Assembly: GCA_965209085.1 (NCBI GenBank)
Contig: OZ242376.1
Location: 1,629,555-1,693,554, forward strand
Reading direction: 5' to 3'
DNA from: Nitrosopumilaceae archaeon
GTDB taxonomy: Archaea > Thermoproteota > Nitrososphaeria > Nitrososphaerales > Nitrosopumilaceae
DNA length: 64,000 nt
Position 1 is the stretch's first letter. Every line of letters starts with the position of its first letter. Below are positions 1 through 9,428 of the stretch, in pieces. Position numbers and translations under genes: made by a program. The notes under the pieces were generated by a model that searched no databases, had not been told where the DNA came from, and saw nothing but the letters and a program-made list of their open reading frames with translations.

Positions 1-1255
1 CGTGTACGTTGTGCGAGAGGGAATCAAGCAGTCCGTCAAGCAAAGAGCTGCGCAATACAGTATTTGCTGCAACTTTGAGATTTTTTTTGCCATCCCCCTC
101 TACGAGTGCGGAATTTTTCGCCTCTGTACATCCAAGTCCCACCATGGCATATCCTAGCGCGCCGGTCATATCGGATGCGGCACTAAGAGAACCGATGAAT
201 GGGTGCGGCGAGAGCTTTGGAGTTATGTTTTGCACCCCATACCCCAGTATTGCCTCCTCTACAAGATCCATCGGACCGAATATGTCAAAACGGTGCCGCA
301 GTATGTGGCACACCAGGTTTGCACCAGAAACTGTAGAGTAAATTCCGCTCTTGGCCAGCGAAGAACGGACTTGTTTTGCACCCATGTCCAATCCCAATGT
401 ATCAGATACCAGTTTGATGGGCAGTTTTTGCACTACAGGCAAAAGCTTTGCAGTAGAATTTCCCGCACCAGATACTCCAACCTCGTATATGGTAAATCCC
501 ATCTCCGATAAAGTGGCAGATACTATGGAGAGCGCATCTTCGGCATTGCGCCTCTCTGTTCCGGTAACTTCGACAAATATGCCATCCACTCCGGCAGTTA
601 ACGCCGTAGAGGCGGCGTTTATTATCGGAGGTAAGGATATGACAGAATCTGTCGAATCCTTCAAAAGAGGCACTCTTGCAAAACCTTGTAGCAGATTCCC
701 GTATAATGCGCCAATTGGGGTTTTTTTCAAAATATCGGCAACGGACATTTCATGAACAGAGCCCAAGGGTACAAACTTTTCGGATAATTCAGCCGTACCG
801 TAGGAGAGCGGAAAGGATACTGCCCCAAGATTGTGCACTCCGATGGAGGATTTTTTCCTGTTTCGGCACAGTCCCATATGCAGATCCTCCTGCATTGCCA
901 TGAGCATTTTTATCTCAGAATTGCCCAGTTTTTTACCGCGTGCTATAATTCCTACAATGTACGGGCGCACTTTGCTAACGGCTGAATCAACCCTGATGCG
1001 GTTTAATTTAGTGCCTGATTTTAGCGGGAATTTTGGAGCAGGTTTTGATTTACCCCCCATGTAGCGCAGTCCTGCGGCAATTCCGTATACTGTGGAATAG
1101 TCTGGCCTGTTTGGACTGTATTCTACCCGCACCGTGTGCGCATCCTCGCCCTCTATGTCAAGTCCAAGATACGGCAGCATTTGTAGCAGTTTTTTTGTAT
1201 TTTTTATTCCCACAAGTTTGGACAGCTGTGCAAATTCCAGCTCGACTACCGGCAT
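1..1255 (-). CDS. pheT: Phenylalanine--tRNA ligase beta subunit (runs off the window start)
   Basis: The minus-strand frame starts MPVVELEF..LPYLGLDIE at ATG 1255, overlapping the pheS stop, and contains the B3/4 motif LPPIINA. It is absent from the ORF track because its stop lies outside the window. Confidence 0.92.
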   Translation of the reverse strand, partial: MPVVELEFAQLSKLVGIKNTKKLLQMLPYLGLDIEGEDAHTVRVEYSPNRPDYSTVYGIAAGLRYMGGKSKPAPKFPLKSGTKLNRIRVDSAVSKVRPYIVGIIARGKKLGNSEIKMLMAMQEDLHMGLCRNRKKSSIGVHNLGAVSFPLSYGTAELSEKFVPLGSVHEMSVADILKKTPIGALYGNLLQGFARVPLLKDSTDSVISLPPIINAASTALTAGVDGIFVEVTGTERRNAEDALSIVSATLSEMGFTIYEVGVSGAGNSTAKLLPVVQKLPIKLVSDTLGLDMGAKQVRSSLAKSGIYSTVSGANLVCHILRHRFDIFGPMDLVEEAILGYGVQNITPKLSPHPFIGSLSAASDMTGALGYAMVGLGCTEAKNSALVEGDGKKNLKVAANTVLRSSLLDGLLDSLSHNVH

Positions 1256-2667
1256 TTTGAAACCTCTCTGAGCCATTTTATGTCATTATTGTAAAATTCC
1301 CGCACGTCAGATACGCCATACTTTAGCATTGCAATGCGTTCAATTCCGCCGCCCCATGCAAGCACGGGACCTGGAATTGCAAGCGGTCGTATAACTTCGG
1401 GCCGGAATATTCCCATTCCAAACATTTCCACCCATTTTCCAAGATTTTCATTATACACCATTGTCTGTAAAGACGGCTCAGTGTATGGAAAGAATGTGGG
1501 CCAAAACCGAACTTTACCCAATCCTATGCGCCGGTAAAATTCCCCCTGTATTCCCATAAGATCCCGCAGCGTGGCATCCGGGCCTGAGAGCACGCCCTCT
1601 ACCTGGTGGAATTCTGCTAGGTGCTTGTAGCTCTGTTTTTCGTTGCGAAAAACACTCCCTAATGAAAAGATGCGCGCTTTTTTTGGACGCGTTTTTGCAA
1701 GATGGTTTACCGTAACGCACGTAGTATGCGTACGCAGCACCATACGGGAAGATTCTGTCCTGTTCCATGTATATTTCCAGTTTTTTTCATGAGCTGCTGC
1801 CACCTTTGAGAATTGATCCTTTGATGCAAATCTGGAGGATTTTGCCCCCTCGATGTAAAACGTATCCTGCATTTCCCGCGCCGGATGATCCTGCGGCGTA
1901 AAGAGTGCATCAAAATTCCAAAATCCAGGCTGTGCCAAATTTCCGTCAATCTCCTCAAAGCCAAGAGCCACAAACGCCTCCCTTACCTCGCGTATTGTTT
2001 CAGTTAGTGGATGGCGCCGTGAAGCGTACATCACCGGAACGTCTGCATCAACATCGATGGCTCCCGCATGTATGTTTTTTGAAAAATCAAGTGCTAGACC
2101 TTCATCGGTAAGTGATATTTGCTGTCTGTTGGTTTTTTTGATTTTAAAAAAATCCGGACGCTCCATCAAATGTATGCATCCTGGATCTGTCTTTGCTTGA
2201 CTTTCGGCAATTTCCCTTCCAGGGTCGGCCATCCCCGCGCTCTTGAACATTTCCAAAACTTTTTCTCCAGGCAAAAGTTTTGGCGCAGATTTTTCCAAAC
2301 GTAAAATTCCGTCCCTGACGGATACAAATTTGCCATCCCGGGCCTCTTTTATTGCAGAACCAAACGCTCCGCCAAGCATGCCGGATGCTTCTGCCATACT
2401 CATCTCTTTTGATTTTAAAAGTTTCAGCAGCCTTCTCTCCGGAAGCCCATGTTCTGCAGCCTCGAGTCCGTTTTTTCCAAGCAAGAGTACAATCGAGGTC
2501 TGTGTGTTTACATTTGCAAGTTTTTTCAGCCGAAGCCATTCGGTTCCGCGTCTAATCTGATCCTCGCCAAGATCCGTCCGGGTCAAAAGTTTTGTCATAT
2601 CAGATGTGCCATACTCTTTTAACGCTTTGATTATTTTTTCCTCTATTGCGTGTAATACCTGCGCCAT
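1246..2667 (-). CDS. pheS: Phenylalanine--tRNA ligase alpha subunit
   Basis: WNFDALFTPQDHPAREMQDTFY, LRTHTT, FPYTEPS and GIERIAM motifs. Confidence 0.97.
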   Translation of the reverse strand: MAQVLHAIEEKIIKALKEYGTSDMTKLLTRTDLGEDQIRRGTEWLRLKKLANVNTQTSIVLLLGKNGLEAAEHGLPERRLLKLLKSKEMSMAEASGMLGGAFGSAIKEARDGKFVSVRDGILRLEKSAPKLLPGEKVLEMFKSAGMADPGREIAESQAKTDPGCIHLMERPDFFKIKKTNRQQISLTDEGLALDFSKNIHAGAIDVDADVPVMYASRRHPLTETIREVREAFVALGFEEIDGNLAQPGFWNFDALFTPQDHPAREMQDTFYIEGAKSSRFASKDQFSKVAAAHEKNWKYTWNRTESSRMVLRTHTTCVTVNHLAKTRPKKARIFSLGSVFRNEKQSYKHLAEFHQVEGVLSGPDATLRDLMGIQGEFYRRIGLGKVRFWPTFFPYTEPSLQTMVYNENLGKWVEMFGMGIFRPEVIRPLAIPGPVLAWGGGIERIAMLKYGVSDVREFYNNDIKWLREVSKCR

Positions 2668-2711
2668 TTGGAAAAAATATCTAAAAAGACTTTTTAAACC
2701 TTGAGACAGAT

Positions 2712-3833
2712 TTGAAAGAGATGTCAGCGGATGATTTTACGGTAACCCCGTGGAACGTCAGCGGCAAAATTGATTACGAGAAACTCATAAAACGCTTTGG
2801 CACTGAAAAGATGACCGAAAAGATGCTCGAAAAGATGCGCGCGGTTGCAGGTGAAGATCATTTTATGCTGCGCAGAGGTATTTTTTTCTCGCATCGGGAT
2901 TTGGGGGAAGTGCTTGATGCGTACAAAAAAGGCGAAAAATTTTTCATGTATACCGGAAGAGGTCCGTCCGGCCATACACACATAGGCCATCTGCTTCCGT
3001 GGGTTTTTGCAAAATGGCTGCAGGACAGATTTGGCGCCAAAATGTACTTTCAGATTACCGATGATGAAAAATTTTATACAAAACAAAACCTTACTTTGGA
3101 GGAGACCTCCAAATATGCAATTGAAAACGCACTTGACTTTATCGCTCTTGGATTTGATCCCAAAAAAACAAAGATCATAATAAATACAAAAGACATTGCA
3201 GATTTGTATCCCATTGCAGCGCAGGTTGCAAAAAAGATAAATTTTTCAAACACAAAGGCGGTCTTTGGATTTAACGGTAAGACAAACATCGGAACCATAT
3301 TTTATACGGCTCTCCAGTCCGCGCCGTGTTTTATCGAAAATAAACGCGTACTCATCCCGTTGGGCGTTGATCAGGATCCGCACTTTAGACTCACGCGCGA
3401 TGTTGCACCAAAACTTGGCAGGCCAAAGCCGGCGCTGATACACAATGTAATGCTTCCAGCTCTTGAAGGTCCAGGGGGGAAAATGTCCGCATCCTCAGAT
3501 ACTGGAACGATATACACAACAGACGATCCCGTACAGGTAAAGAAAAAAATAACAAAATATGCATTTTCAGGCGGCCAGCCGGACATCAAAATGCACCGCC
3601 AGATGGGCGGCAATACGGACATTGACGTATCTTTCCAGTATCTGAAAATGTTCTTCGAGCCAGATGATGCAAAACTTGAAGATATACGCAAGAAGTACAG
3701 TTCTGGCAGCATGCTGACCGGCGAATTAAAGGCAATATTGGTTGAAAAAGTAAACGAATTTTTATCAGAACATCAGAAAAAACGTATGGAGGCAAAGAAC
3801 CGTCTTGACGAGTTTCTTTATTCGAGGAAATGA
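2712..3833 (+). CDS. trpS: Tryptophan--tRNA ligase
   Basis: VTPW, YTGRGPS-HIGH, DQDPHFR and KMSAS motifs. Confidence 0.97.
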   Translation: MKEMSADDFTVTPWNVSGKIDYEKLIKRFGTEKMTEKMLEKMRAVAGEDHFMLRRGIFFSHRDLGEVLDAYKKGEKFFMYTGRGPSGHTHIGHLLPWVFAKWLQDRFGAKMYFQITDDEKFYTKQNLTLEETSKYAIENALDFIALGFDPKKTKIIINTKDIADLYPIAAQVAKKINFSNTKAVFGFNGKTNIGTIFYTALQSAPCFIENKRVLIPLGVDQDPHFRLTRDVAPKLGRPKPALIHNVMLPALEGPGGKMSASSDTGTIYTTDDPVQVKKKITKYAFSGGQPDIKMHRQMGGNTDIDVSFQYLKMFFEPDDAKLEDIRKKYSSGSMLTGELKAILVEKVNEFLSEHQKKRMEAKNRLDEFLYSRK

Positions 3834-4117
3834 ACAAAACACGCGTACAGTGTCAGGACAAATATGAGGCTCAAAAACTTGCCAGCATTATATATCGGCA
3901 GGAAAAAGGCGAGACGTTTTTGCATGCAGTAATCGGGGTATACGAGCAGGAGGTTGTCCTAGCATTAAAGGACAAGTCAGCGCACAGCGTCATCATGGCA
4001 GATTCGAATAACGCTGAAACGTTTGTTGATTTTGTCCAGTCAGTCATAGACGGAAGCGCCCAGATGCTTGGAACCAGTACGACCGGCTCTCAGGTAGAGA
4101 TGATAAAGTCAGATTAG
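3830..4117 (+). CDS. Hypothetical protein
   Basis: 95-aa ORF coupled to trpS by an ATGA overlap. Confidence 0.7.
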   Translation: MNKTRVQCQDKYEAQKLASIIYRQEKGETFLHAVIGVYEQEVVLALKDKSAHSVIMADSNNAETFVDFVQSVIDGSAQMLGTSTTGSQVEMIKSD

Positions 4118-4435
4118 CGGTTTTGATACTTCCGAGTCTAGCTCTTCTTGTACGCGAAGAAAATACATTGCCGTCGTATACGGCATCGCATCTATGTTCG
4201 AATCCGCCGCCATGACAAAATAACGTACTGCACGCTTTGATATGTCCAGATTGAATTTTTGGGGCAAAATTGGATCCTGTTTTACAGCAATTTTATCCTG
4301 CAGCCACGGAGGTGCCATCTCTATTGCATCAGCTATGATTTTCTCATACCAAGAGGCCAAAAGTTCAGGCTGTAGTCCATCCTGCATATTTTTTACATCC
4401 GATCCCAGTTTCTTTGCCAAATTCTGTATTATCAT
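4109..4435 (-). CDS. Hypothetical protein
   Basis: 108-aa ORF with protein-like composition, convergent with the previous gene. Confidence 0.7.
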   Translation of the reverse strand: MIIQNLAKKLGSDVKNMQDGLQPELLASWYEKIIADAIEMAPPWLQDKIAVKQDPILPQKFNLDISKRAVRYFVMAADSNIDAMPYTTAMYFLRVQEELDSEVSKPLI

Positions 4436-4500
4436 GCCATAATGTGGCAGTTTTTGGTATTACAGTATATGATCAAAATTCTAAAGCTGCATGTCAAATT

Positions 4501-4965
4501 TTAGAGTCTGTGACCTTCAGAATCCACTTCTCCGTTTCTCATGCGCGTGCTAGATATCGGCTTCCCGTCATACGCATTTACCATCGGCACTCTCACAATA
4601 TCCACCGCCGGCAATTTTCTTTTTGCTCTTTTGGCGTTTAATTCCTTGCCCCTGTACGAGGTCTCCTCGCTTGCAATCAGCGCGTCCACATCTCCTTGCA
4701 GTACCGCCGGACCAAAGTCATCCTCCAAAGGACTTGTGGAATATTTTGCGCTAGGAAAGTTTTTTTCCAGTGCTTTGCGGAGATTCGCCAGTCTCTTATC
4801 GTACGTGTTACGCAATTTTTTTCCTTTTTTACTGGCCATATTGTCCGTACATATGCCTATGATCACACTTTCTGAAATTTCAAAGGATGCGGCAAATATG
4901 GCCATATGTCCCTTGTGAAGTATGTCAAATGTGCCGCCCGTAGCTGAAATTTTGAATCGTTTCAT
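4501..4965 (-). CDS. coaD: Phosphopantetheine adenylyltransferase (archaeal type)
   Basis: GGTFDILHKGH nucleotidyltransferase motif; DDFGPA, SEET and PISSTRMR. Confidence 0.9.
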   Translation of the reverse strand: MKRFKISATGGTFDILHKGHMAIFAASFEISESVIIGICTDNMASKKGKKLRNTYDKRLANLRKALEKNFPSAKYSTSPLEDDFGPAVLQGDVDALIASEETSYRGKELNAKRAKRKLPAVDIVRVPMVNAYDGKPISSTRMRNGEVDSEGHRL

Positions 4966-4996
4966 GAAATTTTTTACGACATCTCCAAAAATAAAC

Positions 4997-5434
4997 CTAG
5001 TTTATCAGTACAAGTAAAACTGGTCCAGGACTCGTCAGTGCCTCCATTCCGTCCCACACATATGTCTCAACATAATAAAGTCCCGCCTTCTCCGGAGTCC
5101 ACATTATCCATGCGATTGTCGTTCCGTCAGTATCAAGCACTCCCTCGTACACTCCGACATATTCTACATGTGGATCTTTTTCTGCAACTTTGATTTGAGC
5201 ATAATACGTATACTCTTGCATGTTATTATCATATCCGACCACTTTGTTTATTGTAATAGGAGACTGGATCAATACGAGTTCTCCTAACTGTCCGCTTCCT
5301 ATGAGAGAACCTTCATTGTCGCGAATTTGCACGCCATCAATTGTAGCCCTAAATACATCTCCGGTTTCAGGGAAAGCTGCATGTGGAATCATCAGTATGG
5401 CGAAGATTAGCAATGCCGTTACCGCATAGCGCAT
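4997..5434 (-). CDS. Secreted protein with an S-layer C-terminal-like domain
   Basis: Signal peptide; YYAQI..WTP..G.Y.VETYVW resembles the C-terminus of the S-layer protein at 59779. Confidence 0.65.
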   Translation of the reverse strand: MRYAVTALLIFAILMIPHAAFPETGDVFRATIDGVQIRDNEGSLIGSGQLGELVLIQSPITINKVVGYDNNMQEYTYYAQIKVAEKDPHVEYVGVYEGVLDTDGTTIAWIMWTPEKAGLYYVETYVWDGMEALTSPGPVLLVLIN

Positions 5435-5552
5435 GGATAATCTACATGAAGGATCGTTAAATCAGCATCATACGATCTAATCAAACAAGGTGGTTAGCGG
5501 TATTTACCCTAGAGCATACGCTAGGAGTAATAAAAAAGAGTGTAAATGTCGT

Positions 5553-5660
5553 TTAACGACGTTTTTTCATACCAGTGATTACTATCCAGTAAACTAGACC
5601 TGGAGCTAAACCAACTATAAGAGGTATCCATACTGGCCAACCATCTTCTACATTTGCCAT
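5553..5660 (-). CDS. Small 35-aa membrane protein MANVEDGWPVWIPLIVGLAPGLVYWIVITGMKKRR
   Basis: ATG..TAA read by eye; one hydrophobic helix plus basic tail; TTTAAATA box ~25-30 nt upstream; T-rich tract downstream. Confidence 0.7.
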   Translation of the reverse strand: MANVEDGWPVWIPLIVGLAPGLVYWIVITGMKKRR

Positions 5661-5760
5661 GTACGATAACAAAAAGGCATTATATTTAAACCCATCTCAT
5701 AACGTGCTCGGATATGATTTTGAAAATGTGGTAAAATAGAATTGTGTCATGATGAAAAGG

Positions 5761-5834
5761 TGGACCGAAGGGGATTTGAACCCCTGACCCCCCGCGTGCA
5801 AGGCGGGTATACTACCAGGCTATACTATCGGCCC
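5761..5834 (-). tRNA. tRNA-Ala(TGC)
   Basis: Reverse complement GGGCCGATAG...CCGCC TTGCAC GCGG...GGTTCAAATCCCCTTCGGTCCA forms a cloverleaf. Confidence 0.95.
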
Positions 5835-5956
5835 CTGTCAAGATACCGCATCAAGTGATTTTAATTGTTATTGTTTGCATGCATATGGCGTATTTATGCC
5901 AAATGTTGCCCCGTATGCGGGTCAAAGATTTTATTTGCATAAAATTTGGTGTGTTT

Positions 5957-6511
5957 ATGGTTCTTTTAGAGTCAAATCAGGGTTTAAAAACCGGTCAAAA
6001 AGCGCCTGATTTTGATCTTCCCGGAATTGACGGTTCAAATCATTCCCTGTCAAGCTATGACAGCTATGAAGGTGTTCTAGTAATATTCATGTGCAATCAC
6101 TGTCCGTACGTAAAGGCAAAAGTTGAGGCTATAAAAGAAATCCACCAGACATATGGCAAACGCGTGGCAATAATAGGAATAAACAGCAATGATGCCGTAA
6201 AGTATCCAGATGACAGCTTTGATAGTATGAAATCAGTGGCAGCTGAAAAAGGTATAAAATTCGACTATCTGTACGATGAATTCCAACAGGTGGCAAAGTC
6301 GTACGGTGCAATGTGCACTCCGGATCCGTTTTTGTTTGATTCAAAAGGCAAACTGGCCTTTCATGGAAGAATTGACAACGCCATGAAACCAGAGGATACT
6401 GCCACAGAAAAGACCATGATGGACAATATTGGCTTGCTGCTTGACGGCGGGAAAATCGAAAAAGACTTTGATCCGTCCATTGGATGCTCCATAAAATGGA
6501 AACAATCCTAA
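5957..6511 (+). CDS. Thioredoxin/AhpC-TSA family redoxin
   Basis: APDF.L, CNHCPYV, TPDPFLFD and GCSIKW motifs; start moved to ATG 5957. Confidence 0.9.
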   Translation: MVLLESNQGLKTGQKAPDFDLPGIDGSNHSLSSYDSYEGVLVIFMCNHCPYVKAKVEAIKEIHQTYGKRVAIIGINSNDAVKYPDDSFDSMKSVAAEKGIKFDYLYDEFQQVAKSYGAMCTPDPFLFDSKGKLAFHGRIDNAMKPEDTATEKTMMDNIGLLLDGGKIEKDFDPSIGCSIKWKQS

Positions 6512-6575
6512 CCGATAAACGCACTTTACAAACAAACGATAAACCTAAAATGTCCTTCTGATTCTGCATATGCAT

Positions 6576-6663
6576 GGGCCGGTAGCTCAGCTTGGCTGGA
6601 GCGTTCGACTGATATGGTTTCTCAGAAATCGAAAGGTCGTGAGTTCGAATCTCACTCGGCCCA
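6576..6663 (+). tRNA. tRNA-Ile(GAT) with a 13-nt intron at 37/38
   Basis: GGGCCGGTAGCTCAG...TTCGA CTGATA [TGGTTTCTCAGAA] A TCGAA...GTTCGAATC; CTGA/TCAG bulge-helix-bulge helix. Confidence 0.92.
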
Positions 6664-6670
6664 TTTGTTT

Positions 6671-7561
6671 TTAGCCCAAGACGGTTTCGTATGAAGTCTG
6701 AAACCACTGGATTGCATGCGTGAAATCTTTTGTGGCAAGATCCGCCCTAGAGGAGGCATCTTTGGAGTCTGAACCAAACAACAGCAGTCTGATTTTTCTA
6801 GTATGCAATTTTTTCACAACCGCTACTGCGGCCTCCGAGAAGAGTCCAAGTCCCTCGCCGGTTCCGGAGAAAATAGCAATTATCATCACGCCTTGTTTTT
6901 TTGACCATACACGGCGCAACAATTTGTGCAGATCCAAATCAAGCATTGTATCGGCCGAATTTGACATGTCTCCAACGCATGAAACCGTCCATCCGCCGTT
7001 TTGCAGTATCGATGATGCAGCACTGCACATGATTGAGCCGGTAGCATCAGATGCTAACAGTACGGCGTTTTTATCATCATCTAGAGTCGCATTCCCATCA
7101 TATGCAAACCGTGTAGAATCCTGCAGGGTGTTTTGCAACAAATGTAGTTCCACGCTTCCGATGTTACCCTCCGCGTACGCATGCAGTACAGAGTCAAAAG
7201 CGGGCAGTACCACCTCTGTGATTATTTTTTCGGATGATGCCCCCATGTGCAGGCAATTGCGTATTACATGGTGTGCCGCTTTGGAAGAATTTACAAGCAA
7301 CAGATCCAGATATTTTTTTGCAGCAACGTCGTAATCTTCTGGAAATGAAAATGAATCGGTCCCTTCGTGAACAAACCACACTATGGCATTTCCCACGTGT
7401 TTTTGTCCGATAATTCCCTCAGCAGAGAGTATTCCAAGATATTTTGAGAGCGTAACGCGATTCATTCCAATAGCTTTTGATATTTCAAGTCCAGAGAGTC
7501 CCATCTTGGATTTTCCAAGCTTGTCCACTATTTTGTGCCGGATTTCATCTACATCAGCCAT
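6671..7561 (-). CDS. HTH transcriptional regulator with B12-binding-like cap and Rossmann domains
   Basis: N-terminal wHTH (EISKAIGMNRVTLSKYL); helical cap (ITEVVLPA..VELHL); C-terminal alpha/beta domain. Confidence 0.7.
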   Translation of the reverse strand: MADVDEIRHKIVDKLGKSKMGLSGLEISKAIGMNRVTLSKYLGILSAEGIIGQKHVGNAIVWFVHEGTDSFSFPEDYDVAAKKYLDLLLVNSSKAAHHVIRNCLHMGASSEKIITEVVLPAFDSVLHAYAEGNIGSVELHLLQNTLQDSTRFAYDGNATLDDDKNAVLLASDATGSIMCSAASSILQNGGWTVSCVGDMSNSADTMLDLDLHKLLRRVWSKKQGVMIIAIFSGTGEGLGLFSEAAVAVVKKLHTRKIRLLLFGSDSKDASSRADLATKDFTHAIQWFQTSYETVLG

Positions 7562-7730
7562 GAATTATGCACCGCACGGTGTCGTATAAAGTATAATTTC
7601 AATTCGCACAGGTTTGCATAAAAAATATTGGGTTACATTATGCGTTATTGACTAATTTGTTAGTCATGAGGTAACCTCGTACTAGAAAAACATGCCAAGT
7701 TTTATATAGTAATATACCATAAAGTACGGT

Positions 7731-8117
7731 ATGCCAAAAGCAGGATTCAAATCAATAACAGTCTCAGAAGCAGTCTATGAAAAATTCTACGACACTTATG
7801 AGGAAAGCAAAACGGATCTTGCCGTAAAGGGCGTTCGCAGTTTTTCCGGCTATGTCACATACATGCTAGAGGAGATGATGCAAAAGGACAAAATTTTTGC
7901 AAGATATGCCCCGAAACTTGAGAAATTATCAATTGACGATGACAGGGTCGTCATTAAAGACAACATCAAAAATAGAATAGCAGAAGTTGCCATACAAAAA
8001 GGCGAATTGTACTGTCAATTGTGCGAATCCAAAAACTGCGTACACGTAGGGTACGTATTTTCCCTGCCAGACGTCTATTTGATTTTAAATTCCCATGGAG
8101 TAAAACGCCCGCGTTAA
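7731..8117 (+). CDS. Conserved hypothetical protein (RHH-like N-terminus, Cys/His Zn motif)
   Basis: FKSITVSEAVY N-terminus; CQLCESKNCVH; TTTATATA box upstream. Confidence 0.75.
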   Translation: MPKAGFKSITVSEAVYEKFYDTYEESKTDLAVKGVRSFSGYVTYMLEEMMQKDKIFARYAPKLEKLSIDDDRVVIKDNIKNRIAEVAIQKGELYCQLCESKNCVHVGYVFSLPDVYLILNSHGVKRPR

Positions 8118-8236
8118 TGGAGGAGGTGGGATTCGAACCCACGAACCCCTAAGAGACGGGATCGCCCATTTTAGATCTTAAGTCCCGCGTGTCCAAGGAT
8201 TATACATCCTCTTTGGCCAGGCTTGACTACTCCTCC
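8118..8236 (-). tRNA. tRNA-Leu(TAA) with two introns
   Basis: Reverse complement GGAGGAGTAGTCAAGCCTGGCCAAAGA[~20 nt]CGCGGGACTTAAGAT[~14 nt]CCCG-variable arm-GTGGGTTCGAATCCCACCTCCTCCA. Confidence 0.88.
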
Positions 8237-8359
8237 ATGGTTATACTGCCATATGTGTAAGATTTAACGGTTATTGAAAGATGTATTATAATGGAATTTT
8301 ACATCATGCTGGTTTGGATCATAAAAGAGTTATAAGGATTTTAGAAATATTTAGTATAT

Positions 8360-8433
8360 GCTTCGATAGCTCAGTCTGGTAGAGCGTTACCTTGGTAAGG
8401 TAAAGGTCGCGGGTTCGGATCCCGCTCGAAGCT
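8360..8433 (+). tRNA. tRNA-Thr(GGT)
   Basis: GCTTCGATAGCTCAG...TTACC TTGGTAA GGTAA...GGTTCGGATCCCGCTCGAAGC cloverleaf. Confidence 0.95.
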
Positions 8434-9291
8434 CTAATAATTTTTCAGTAGCAGTTCCTTATGCCCGGTACGCCTGCTTGCATTGGAGTTTATTGCCCTG
8501 TTTACTGCCACATGATGCATCTTCCATCCGGATCCAAAGATTTTTGCAACTTCGGGCAGATCAGAATTCGTGGTCATGACATTGCATCCTTTTTTTGTCA
8601 GATTATTGCACAATGATGCAAGACGTTCAAGTTCTGCATCTCCAAAACTTTTAGCTGAATAGCTGGTAAAGCTGGCAGTTTCACTTACCGGTTTGTATGG
8701 GGGATCAAAATAGATAAAATCTCCTTTTGTAGCATCTAACACGGTATTTTCAAAATCGGCATACATTATTTTGATATTAGAAGAACGCAGCAACGAGCTT
8801 GCCGCACGTATGTTTTCCTCGTTTACGATGTTTGGTTTTATATAACTTCCAATTGGTACGTTGAATTTTCCTCGTTTGTTTACTCGGTACAGGCCGTTAA
8901 AACATGTACGGTTCAAAAAGATCAGTCTAGATGATTTTGCCACTTCGCTTCTAGGTGCCGAAGCCCTTACCATTCCATAATATGTATGGCGGTCTTGGTC
9001 ATACTCTCGTGCATGCCGTTTTAATGACGTAATGAGCTCTTCGGGTCTGTCCCGTACTGTGGCATATGTAAGAACAAGGTCCGCATTGATGTCAGATACG
9101 ATGCAACGTTGGGACGGATTTTGCTCAAGTATGTGGAATAAAAATGCCCCCCCACCTAGAAACGGTTCATAGTATGTTCCATATTTTTCAGGCATGTTTT
9201 CAGATAATGCTCCAATAAGCTGGCGTTTTCCCCCTGCCCATTTTACAAACGGTTTTGCACCTTGAATGAGCCTGGCATACTGTAGCGTCAT
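8434..9291 (-). CDS. dam: Dam-family DNA adenine methyltransferase
   Basis: KWAGGK, YYEPFLGGG, FNGLYRVN and YFDPPY motifs. Confidence 0.9.
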   Translation of the reverse strand: MTLQYARLIQGAKPFVKWAGGKRQLIGALSENMPEKYGTYYEPFLGGGAFLFHILEQNPSQRCIVSDINADLVLTYATVRDRPEELITSLKRHAREYDQDRHTYYGMVRASAPRSEVAKSSRLIFLNRTCFNGLYRVNKRGKFNVPIGSYIKPNIVNEENIRAASSLLRSSNIKIMYADFENTVLDATKGDFIYFDPPYKPVSETASFTSYSAKSFGDAELERLASLCNNLTKKGCNVMTTNSDLPEVAKIFGSGWKMHHVAVNRAINSNASRRTGHKELLLKNY

Positions 9292-9428
9292 ATGGTTACC
9301 TGTTAATCTTGTTTGAAGTTAGTAAAAGACAATAAACGATCACAATTTGTGTAATTTTTTTAGTTAAAATGCATGAACAGGCACCATTAAGGAATGAAAA
9401 ATAAAAAGAGGATTAGTGTATTTCCGAT

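Noticed and set aside
9-1260. Several + strand ORFs here, and similar antisense ORFs throughout (e.g. 26024-26884, 30695-31681, 39190-40071)
   Set aside because: They are shadow frames opposite well-supported genes (pheT, LarA-like, S8 protease, sat).
8434-9291. Dam methylase next to tRNA-Thr as the marker of an integrated element or R-M system
   Set aside because: No integrase, att duplication or endonuclease is nearby; it looks like an orphan chromosomal methylase.
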